Shown one piece after another: positions 54,165 through 64,000 of a stretch of DNA of 64,000 bases. Positions within the stretch are counted from its first letter, which is position 1; every line of letters starts with the position of its first letter. The stretch is from Octopus vulgaris (lineage: Eukaryota), in the NCBI GenBank assembly GCA_951406725.2, contig OX597815.1:205778001-205842000 (forward strand). The letters run 5' to 3'. The position numbers and the translations under genes were made by a program. The notes under the pieces are model-generated. The model saw nothing but the letters and a program-made list of their open reading frames with translations. It had not been told where the DNA came from and did no database searches.

Positions 54165-54471
54165 TTAGAAGTATCCAATTAGAAAATTTTGATAGTTTTA
54201 TAGTCTGGTACAACTGATGTTCTAATTGGTTCAAACAGAAATAAAATAAATGAAACTAATCAAGCAAGCAGTATAGCAAAGACAATGACCTGTAAAAATT
54301 ATACAAATTATACAGCTTTTGTCATGCATAAGCATTTGGAGAAATTTAATCAAAATTACATTTGGTACGTCTAGTGTTAATTATGAAACTATATTTAAAA
54401 TATTATACATCATTTTTAATCTTTGTCGAAAGTCTAAGAATCTTCAGCATTTTTGGTATTGTTCAGCCATA

Positions 54472-54645
54472 TTAACTCTTTAGCATTTAAACTGGTCATA
54501 TCCAACCCACACCCATCCTACAGAATTATTCTAAAAATAAAGTCACACCATCAAAATCTTGAAGCTGAAATAGTGCATGACTAATTCAAAAAATAATAAA
54601 TAAGCATTACACTTGACAGAGTAATCTAAACACTTTAAAGGTTAA
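54472..54645. mobile_element. TTAA-flanked MITE family 2, internally deleted
   Basis: ttaactctttagcattt...aaggttaa. Confidence 0.65.
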
Positions 54646-54937
54646 ATGCATACTTTGTACTTTCCAACTTAACATTTGTTCTACCCTGTAAAATATGCTA
54701 CACCAAACACATTCAAACCTTATACTGCACAAATCTTTCTGGCACTCCCATCTTCCACAACAGTTTGTATGACAAGAACATTTCTTCTCACAAACTAAAA
54801 ATATTTTAGAATTCCCATAGGCTTCCAGTGATTAAATGTTTCTTTGGTCTAATACAACTTATGTTAAAATCTTACAACCGACATTGCATTTGGAATAGGA
54901 TGAGGCCAGCATCCTTTCACAGTTGAAAAATATCAAT

Positions 54938-55074
54938 CATCATCATCACTGTTCGACCGTGGTCAAGACAATGGAATTTACCATGCTACGCCAGACTTCA
55001 CGGTCCATCATAGCATTACGGAGGTCCTGTTGCTGGATGCCTGTATCCCTGGAGATTACATCAGGGTAGGAGAG
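54938..55074 (-). mobile_element. Short 3' end of a second RTE-like LINE family
   Basis: Minus strand LSYPDVISRDTGIQQQDLRNAMMDREVWRSMVNSIVLTTVEQ* directly followed by (TGA)n. Confidence 0.72.
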
Positions 55075-56302
55075 GATAAGCAACAATCTCAGATTGGAAA
55101 TGACTACTTAACTATTAACTACATCAATAATTGATGGAATTGATAGCTTGGGTAACAAATATTTTAGTGAAATATTCAGACACAAGAGACCAAACCAAAT
55201 CCATCCACAGAGTAAAAGTTTCAACTATAGGAACAAGGCCAGGAATTTTGTAGGTGCAAGTTGATTACATCAACACCAATGGTGCTTGTTTTATTAACCT
55301 TGAAAGGATAAAAGGCAAGGTTGACCTTGACAAAATTTGATCTCAGAACATAATAAAACCAGAAGAAATGCCATTAAGCATTTTGTCCAGTATGCTAATG
55401 GTTCTGCCAGTTTGCTGCCTTCCATTGAATAATAAAAAATAAAAGCTAATCCTTTTAATACATAGATTTGATACATCATTCAAAATGTCATTTCCATTAA
55501 CTGTTGGGAATTATTTCACTGCACAGTGTTGAAATAAAGCTCTCATTTTGCGAAAAAGGGGAGACATCCCTATTAATTTCTAAACATCTCACCAAACCAG
55601 TAGGTTGTCAAGACATTAATACAAACACATTTACAGCAGGTTTCTGTCTACTAAATAAATTCCATGCTTTGGTTAGTCTGGGGCTATAGTAGAAGTCACC
55701 TGCTCAAGGTGCATACAGTAGGACTGAACCTGAAATCATGTGGTCGGGAAGCAAGCCATATCTGTACACACACGTGCGCACACACACACACACACCTCTG
55801 ATTATGAGTTATGTTCTTAATGTGAAAATGAAGAACTGAAAAATCACCAAATTTCCTCAAAACTCAATTTTAATGAATAAAAAAAACATTTACTTCAAAC
55901 TTTATCTTCAACTAAGATCTTCCATTTGTCTTAGATTCATTAACTCTAAAAGTTAATCACCTGAAGAAATGTTTAAAAGCTGTTCTAACATCATATTAGC
56001 TCTAGCAATATTTCGGATTAACCTAGATTCCGAAACTAAAATTCATTGAAAACAAAAGAAATAGTAATGAATATACAAAACTGAAAAACTGTATGCCATC
56101 ATATTTCTCAAAATGTTACAGTAATATTTTTGAATAAATTCTAGATGAACTCACACAAAATAAATAAATAGATTTTAAAATATTTATCATAAAAGTTCAA
56201 AAGTTAAAAAACACTTATTCAAAGTTGAAGCTCAATGTACAAAGAGACTGATGCTGGCAGGCAGAGAGACAGACACGAGTGCAGAAAGGCGGCAGGCATG
56301 CG

Positions 56303-56305
<3 letters not shown>

Positions 56306-56355
<50 letters not shown>

Positions 56356-57290
56356 GCAGAGAGAGGCAGACAGAGACAGACAGACAGGCAGAGAAAGACA
56401 GAGACAGACAGATAGTGACAGACAAAGACAGAGACAGACAGATAGTGACAGACAAAGACAGAGACAGACAGATAGTGACAGACAAAGACAGACAGATAGT
56501 GACAGACAAAACAGAGACAGACAGACAGACACAGACAGACAGACAGACAGATAGACAATCAGAGACAGGCAGACAGAGACAGGCAGACAAAGACAGGCAG
56601 ACAGAGACAGGCAGACAGAGACAGGCAGACAGAGACAGGCAGACAGAGACAGGCAGACAGAGACAGGCAGACAGAGACAGGCAGACAGAGACAGGCAGAC
56701 AGAGACAGGCAGACAGACAGAGACAGACAGACAGAGACAGACAGACAGTGACAGACAGATAGTGACAGACAGATAGTGACAGACAGAGACAGAAAGAGAG
56801 AGAGAGACAAACAGAAAGAGAGAGGGATAGGCAGACAGGGAGACAGAAAGAGAGTGGTATAGGCAGAGACAGGGGGAGACAGACAGAGGGGAGACAGAGA
56901 AGAGAGACAGAGAGAGAAGAGAGAGACAGAGAGAGACAGAGAGAGAAGAGAGAGAGAAGAGAGAGAGAAGAGAGAGACAGAGAGAGAAGAGAGAGACAGA
57001 GAGAGAAGAGAGAGACAGAGAGAGACAGAGAGAGACAGAGAGAGAAGAGAGAGACAGAGAGAGAAGAGAGAGACAGAGAGAGAAGAGAGAGACAGAGAGA
57101 GAAGAGAGAGACAGAGAGAGAAGAGAGAGACAGAGAGAGAAGAGAGAGACAGAGAGAGAAGAGAGAGACAGAGAGAGAAGATAGAGACAGAGAGAGAAGA
57201 TAGAGACAGAGAGAGAAGATAGAGACAGAGAGAGAAGATAGAGACAGAGAGAGAAGATAGAGACAGAGAGAGACAGAGAAGAGAGACAGA
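56306..57290. repeat. ~1-kb compound GA/GACA microsatellite with 22-, 30- and 20-bp higher-order units
   Basis: Direct reading; source of the spurious SLSL/RQ ORFs. Confidence 0.95.
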
Positions 57291-59304
57291 TACTAAGCAC
57301 GCACACTTCAGACAGACACTCAAACACACCCACACCAAGACACACACCTGACCCCCCACCTCCCTAACACACACACCACAACACTCAGACCCTGCCAAAA
57401 ACACACATGGGGGTGATCCGGACAGATACAGGCCAACTGACAAGCACTTCCTGGCTGGTTGATCAGAAGACATATTTAGCAGTTTGAATCTCTCCCAACT
57501 TTGGATTGGGTTATTTATCAAAAAGGAAAACTGTTTCCAGCCATCTTATTACTAGCCATTCAACAAAGATTAGTCAAAGAAGGTACCAAGTTGAGAAAAT
57601 TTAAGATTAATAATTACAGCAAGGTTTAAACACATGATTAATCATACAATAATCTAGAACCTTTGCCTCATATTCTCTATAAAAGTTTAGAATGATAGAA
57701 GTAAAACTATTTAGTATCAGGAAAAGCGAGGAAATCTTCAGGAAAAATAATTAAGGTACAAATAGTAACAGTGAAACTGGTGAAAAATATTCTACACTAT
57801 TCCATCTAAAAGTGAAATATTTGTACTAGATTGTGAACAAAGAAGCTGTTTAAACTATCTCCTTGGAAACAGAAACACTTTAAATGTCATTATCTCTTGT
57901 TTACTGTATTCTGAGCAGAAACTTATATCTTCTAGTTAAGGAAACAAAATGGCTATAAAACTTTATTTGAAATGAAATAGCCTTCAGCCAAGGTTGATAC
58001 TTTCATGCATTCTGTAACTGGCTTCCATACTGAGGAAAAAAGTGACAACTGAAAACCTGGTCCAAGGAAATATGTAGCTGTTCATACCCAAAGGAAAACA
58101 TAATGGAGAAAAACGGTCACCAATATCGTGCAATTTAATTTACGAAAATAAACTCTGAAAACATAAATTTGGTTTTTATTGAAATGTTTCTAACAAAAAT
58201 GTAAATTTAATCTCGGTCAAAAATATTCACCTTCAAAACAGGAAAAAACAACGAACCAGCAGATCATTGATCTGGTTAAATGAAATCAGTTTCATATTTT
58301 ATATTAAACACCAAGCACAAAGACATGAAGACAATAGCTCTCAACTTATTTTTATTATTTTTTTACTAAGTTTTGGGTCAAGTAAAGTAGTAAGATGTTT
58401 AATACTGACAAAATATTTACATTGTGTTATCATAAAAATATTCTCTTAATGGTTTGCTTAAAGTGTTTATCAATATTGGCAGTCGCTGTGAGGCCAATAA
58501 AAGGTTATAGATACAGATACATGTTTTCTTTGAGTGTATTATTAGAAAAAAAATGCCATTAAAATAATAATCTTTTTTTGATTTAGGCAGATGGCCAGCA
58601 ATTTTCAGTGATACTTTATCATATCAACCTTGGAGAGGTGAAAGGTAAAGTTGATCCCGAGGGGATTTCAACTTGGAATGTAAAGAGCCAGAACAAAGAT
58701 AGATTCAAATTCAAACTGGCGACTGCTGCATTTGTTGATAACAAACTGATGCCAGATTCTCTCGCACAAGAAGCAAAGCAGTTCTAAGTTAAAGGTCATC
58801 ACACAATTGAAATGATTATTAGCTGAGTGATGAGATGGCACTGTCCCATCCAGTATGTTCTATTCAAGTCATGGGTAGGAAGGACAAGAAGGTATATCTA
58901 CTTGCAATTACACATGTGAAACATGTGTAATCGCATGTAAAACAATTGTTGAAAGAATGGTACATGATACAAAGTCATACTCATTTGTCAGTGATTGCTG
59001 TAATTTTTTTTGTTTTAATTATCAGTTGAGGAAACAGTTTCTAAGAGAAAATTAGCTATGTTATTCATGTTCTTGTGAGAAAAAGGACTCAAATTTCAAA
59101 TCACCTTTCCTCTAAGCATACACATAGAATATATTATGAATTCCAAATTGTAAATTAAAACTGTTAATCAAGCTAACAATAGCAATGATAATGACAAGTA
59201 AAAATTAGAAATTTTATCTTCTTTCTCAAGCTGGACACAAAGGTTTGAACCCTGCATGCTCCCATTTAGCATGTCAAAATCTCAAAGCTTAAACACACCA
59301 ACAT

Positions 59305-60190
59305 TTACAACCCTATGGCTGAGATATGTTGATGACACCTTTATACTCTGGCCCCACCAGGAAGATATCCAAGTGCTGTTAGATAATGTGAACTCAATAA
59401 AGCCATCTATACAGTTCACAATGGAAAAGGAAAAAGACAATCAGCTAGCATTCCTGGACGTATTAATAACACACACCAAGTATGGATTCAGGACATCCGT
59501 ATACTGCAAGCCAACCTTCATTGGACAATTCCTCAATTTCAAGTCCCACCACCCATACAGTGTTAAGAGAGGGATTGCTCAGTGTCTAAAACATTGAGTA
59601 AAGAATATAAGTAGCGATTGTGATACCCACCACGAAGAAATGACCAAGCTAAGTAACAATCTATTAAGTAACAATGACCCCAAAAACATAATATTCACTC
59701 CAATTATGAAGAAAGAGAGATGAAATCAATAAACTGTCCACAGTCTGCTTACCCTATGTGAAAAGCCTCTCCAAGAAGATAAAGAAGATATGCAGTCCAT
59801 AGGACATCAGGACAGTATTCAAGAGTAATACAACACTTCACAAATATCTCCTCTGAGTAAAACCACCAATAGAAGAGAATATGACCAAAGACTGCGTGTA
59901 CTCCATCCCATGCAGCTGTGGCAGGTTATACAAAGGTGAAACATGCTGCCCCCTCAAAATAAGGGTAGACGAACATTGCAAAGCTGTGACACAAGGAGAT
60001 ATTGATAAATTGGGTATAGATGATCATATATGGAAAAATGGAGACCACCTCCCTCTGTGGGATGATGTCAAAATAATAGATAGAGAACACCACTGGAAAA
60101 TACGAAAACTAAAAGAAGCAGCACATGTGTTAGGACACAACCTCCTAAGCAGACTGAGTGCAGATATGGGAACCGGTGTTAAGGAAGGAT
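59305..60190 (+). mobile_element. Penelope-like element fossil (RT C-terminus plus GIY-YIG endonuclease), disrupted
   Basis: WLRYVDDTF, IQFTMEKE..LAFLDVLI, VYCKPT, SHHP; VYSIPCSCGRLYKGET...RVDEH, RKLKEA; stops and frameshifts between segments. Confidence 0.9.
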
Positions 60191-60238
60191 AGGAAAATAT
60201 TAGATTTATAAGCCCTAAAATTCACTCCATAATTGCCC

Positions 60239-60440
60239 ACAGGCATATAGCACAGTGGTTAAGAGCGCGGGCTACTAACCCCAAGATTCCGAGTTTGATT
60301 CCAGGCAGTGGAAAAAATACCTTAGGGGTGAGAACCCAGGTCTGAAATTTCCCCAAGACACCAGCTGAAACGTGTTAACAACAAAAATGAGGACAAATAT
60401 CTGTCAAATGTAAATAATGTATATAATTCCTCATCTATAG
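60239..60440 (+). mobile_element. tRNA-headed SINE-like element abutting the Penelope 3' end
   Basis: A-box tagcacagtgg, anticodon-like arm gggctactaaccc, B-box-like gagtttgattcc; not an intact tRNA. Confidence 0.6.
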
Positions 60441-62009
60441 AACTGTACTCCAACAATTATTTCATGTTTACTTTAAAAAAAACCTTCAAAATTACTTAAA
60501 TACAAAAAAATAAGCTTAGCTTAAATGGGTCTTGATTAAATGTTCAATTGAAATTCAACTAGTATAATATAAAATACAGAAACAAAATCAAATATCAAAT
60601 GGTGAGACAGGCCATAGAAAGAAAATGGCAAAGTATTCAGTTAGCGATTCTTCGAGAGAGAAAGAAAGCATAGTAACTATAGAAAAATGTTAAGAAAAAA
60701 ACCAGTATTAGTATGAAAGGAAACAAAAACGTATTGAATATTAAAATGTTTGCTTGAGGCAAATAAGAGGTTTTTTTTCTTAATGTTACATGCAAAGTGC
60801 AAAAGAGCAGTACTTTAGAGAGATGGAATTTCTAAGATGATGATATAACAATACATCGTTTTAAAACAAGTATTCTTAATGGAAACAATATACACCAAAA
60901 TGCTTTTTGTTTGGATGAGTGTGATTATGAAAAGGCTGATGAAATTCAGAGGAGCATATATGTTTAAAAGCATTATGAATATATGGTATGATCAAATGAA
61001 AACAAGTATAAGATGGCTGCTGCCTGTTAGACATATTTGCTGACAGAGGCAAAGGTAGATCAAAATGCATTCTTTCTAAAGTAAGGGAAAATGTTTACTA
61101 AGGAATTAAACATAATTTTGAGAAGCCTTCTTATATGTGTTTATCTTTGGTTAAGCTACTTTAATCTAAAAAGGAGGATGTTTAAATCATAATACCTACA
61201 TGACTAACAAGCTATTTTATTTCTTAATGCCAAAAATGCCCCCCCCCCCATAACAATTTAAAGCTACTGCCTTCACTGCATACAACAAAAAACAACATAA
61301 AAAATTTTTACTAACATCTGTATTGAGGAGAACTATATTCTTCATAAAATAAAGTCTTGAAACTCATGACAATTTGTTTTGTGTTTTTCTGGTCAGAACA
61401 AAACTGATTTAGCTCTATACCCTAATGTATGTAGGTGATTCGAATTCTATGCATCCTACTTAAAACGGTAAAATTATTTTCATCTCAAAACTCTAGTTTT
61501 ATCTTGTATTTCTCATGTGTTGACTTAAATTATCAGATTACACCTATATAATCCCACTAACCACCAGCAAACTTTACTAAACTAAATCAAATTCTACAAG
61601 TCCTCAGCCACCTAGTAGTGTTAATTTTATGCATTGGAGCTGTTAGATTTTATCTTAGCTGTAAGAACCAACATTTACCTGCTAAAATAATCAAGCCTTA
61701 AAGATGAATATATTTTACATTTGAAGATGTCAAGTTTTACTGTCAGAATTAATACGTTTCTGAGTTGATTTAGTTTGATCACACCTTGCTTTCTCTCGTT
61801 AACATGCGGCTTTCAAAACAAAGCAGCTATTACACAAATTAGCTGCTACAGTAAACAATTTATCTGAAACTTTGAAACCACATTTATTGCAAGGACATTT
61901 TAAGTCGTAAACAAAATATGGCTAAAACCAAAAAATAAGTGAAAATATCAAGAAAATAGACGAAGTCGCAACAATGACAAAATTCTAATGCTATCATATT
62001 GGTATTAAT

Positions 62010-63223
62010 ATTAGATTGGAAATTCCTATTTTAGACATGATCATTCTGAGGGTACTTTTTCAGAACTTACAGCAAAATGTGCATTAACATTTTCCATTCT
62101 CCCCCTGTTGCAGATTGGTTTATACCATAGCAGTCAAATTTGTATTGATTTCATCTTCTGAAAAATGATTTTGGATCAGACTCACATCAGACACTACATG
62201 CTGATATGAGTCAAAAGGGGCTCTTCAGCAAGTGGTAAGAAATATTCATTCTGTCTATGGAAATGAGGCTTTAAGTGGCTGAACATGTCAATGATGGCTT
62301 GCCAGTTTCACTCAGGAAATTTCTCTCTCACAGAAACTTTTGTCAATACTGAGCTTCTGAAAACCATACTTGAGGAAAATTCTAATCAAACTGCATAAGA
62401 GTTAGCAAAACAGTTGAGTTCAAGTTATACTTTGATCATAAAACATCATGTAGTAGGAAAATGTCTAAATATGGTCAGTGGGTCTCTCATCATCTGACCG
62501 ATTCTCAGCCTAAGAGTTACTTTCTGCTCATCATTTAAGAGTAGACTTGCTACTGAACCTTTCCTGGGCAGAATCTTCACGAGTGATGAAAAGTGAGTTC
62601 TTTATAATCATATCCAATGAAACAGGAAACAGTTAACACTCAATAGAAAAGTAGTTTCCTTCCTAAAAGCATGACTATGCCTAAAAAAAAGTTATGCCTT
62701 GTGTTTGGTGAGATATGAAGGGTTATCGTTTATCATGAAATGTTAAACCAAAATGAAATAGTTAATGGAGACAAGTATTGTCATAAATTTGAAGCATTGC
62801 TCAAAAGTTTGCAGAAAAAGCTCCCATTTTTAGTCAATCGTAAGGGTGTTGCACTTTCACAATAATGCAAGACTACATATTACCCAAGTCACTCAAGAAA
62901 AGATTATAGCACTAAATATGGAAGTTTTGCTTCATCTTCCTTACTCTCCTGACCTTGCTCCACTTGAGTGTTATCTTTTCAGCTCATTGCAAAATTATTT
63001 TGCAGGAAAACAACTTATTATGAAGAAGTTAAAAATTATATTGAGTGTTTCCTTGCTTTGAAAGCAGAAGATTCTTGTGCTCAAGGCATCAACAATCATC
63101 TGAATAAATGGACTTGTCAATAATGTGGGGGGAAATATCTTGATCAAATATATTATCATTTAAGACCAAAGAAATGTTTGTTTCTTTCCCATCTTGAAAA
63201 ATGACAGAACTTTCCAACTTGAT
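62010..63223 (+). mobile_element. Near-full-length decayed mariner transposon
   Basis: Fragments RIFTSDEK, CVW, HNNARLH, LPYSPDLAP..YLFSSLQN; degenerate TIRs tattagattggaaatt / aactttccaacttgata; many stops. Confidence 0.85.
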
Positions 63224-63706
63224 AGTGTTAGTACCTAGGATGGACACACACACACATGCACACAGTGTGTGCACATTATCTTAAATATTTTATCAATTCT
63301 TCCTTTGTTGAAAATGTCTAAAGTTAAAAGTCACAAATTTTATTTTAGTCATATTAGATTAAAACATGGGAAAACTATTTCTGGTACAGGTGGCCCTACA
63401 ATGACCAAGTGCCATTTATCTCGATCACAAATACTATGAGTTTGTTTTTTGTAATAGGAAGTCAAATCACATTGCTTTAATCTTCCCTTTTTCTCAATGG
63501 TAAAAGTTGTACAGGTCATCGTACAATCATCTCCGAGTCCCAAAGTTCTTAGCTGTCATTGAAATAATTAACTTAAAACCTTTCTTAGTCTCCATCAAAT
63601 GTAAGTACTTTCCTGTAAAACTACATTTTTTCCTTTTTTTTTTTATTACTCAGCATATGTCATTCATTTGAGTGTTTTTGTCCAAATTTGTACAACTCTT
63701 TGTACA

Positions 63707-64000
63707 GCGCAGGAATGGCTGTGTGGTAAGTAGCTTGCTAACCAACCACATGGTTCCGGGTTCAGTCCCACTGCGTGGGACCTTGGCCAAGTGTCTTCTA
63801 CTATAGCCTCGGGCCGACCAATGCCTTGTGAGTGGATTTGGTAGACGGAAACTGTATGTATGTGTATATGTATATGTGTTTGTTTGTGTGTCTGTGTTTG
63901 TCCCCCTAGCATTGCTTGACAACCGATGCTGGTGTGTTTATGTCCCCGTCACTTAGCGGTTCGGCAAAAGAAACCGATAGAATAAGTACTGGGCTTACAA
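63707..64000 (+). mobile_element. tRNA-derived SINE (family A), cut by the window end
   Basis: Family sequence match. Confidence 0.9.

Noticed and set aside
57431-57445. ccaactgaca motif shortly after two GA arrays (also 6696-6705)
   Set aside because: A 10-bp match with no extension; compatible with chance.
60239-60311. tRNA gene
   Set aside because: Acceptor and T stems do not pair properly and the sequence runs into a repeat body; treated as a SINE head.
63349-63615. Possible IQGAP first exon or other exon
   Set aside because: No IQGAP similarity and no convincing phase-1 donor.

Overview
AT-rich, repeat-dense eukaryotic DNA. The SINE and LINE families present point to a cephalopod, most likely Octopus (inference from recognised repeat families). 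The window lies almost entirely within introns of an IQGAP-family gene on the minus strand. Four coding exons (53333-53429, 27557-27713, 8483-8560, 1835-1911; 409 bp total) have canonical AG/GT sites and splice in frame into the N-terminal calponin-homology region. The introns are 25.6, 19.0 and 6.6 kb; the first exon and downstream exons were not found. The introns hold many tRNA-derived SINEs, Nin/Deu-domain SINEs, 5'-truncated RTE LINE ends, CR1, Penelope and mariner fossils, non-autonomous Helitrons, piggyBac-, hAT-, pogo- and Merlin-like MITEs, and long purine-rich microsatellites. Nearly all ORFs in the supplied track are repeat artefacts. The most unusual signals are: (1) a ~670-bp fold-back with a duplicated loop motif at 30.2-31.0 kb; (2) a LINE insertion that appears to have copied 53 bp of the host intron; (3) two Helitrons whose complementary 3' ends bracket an exon; (4) a trimeric SINE; and (5) an 87-bp satellite derived from an RTE 3' end. 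No new biological system can be established from sequence alone.
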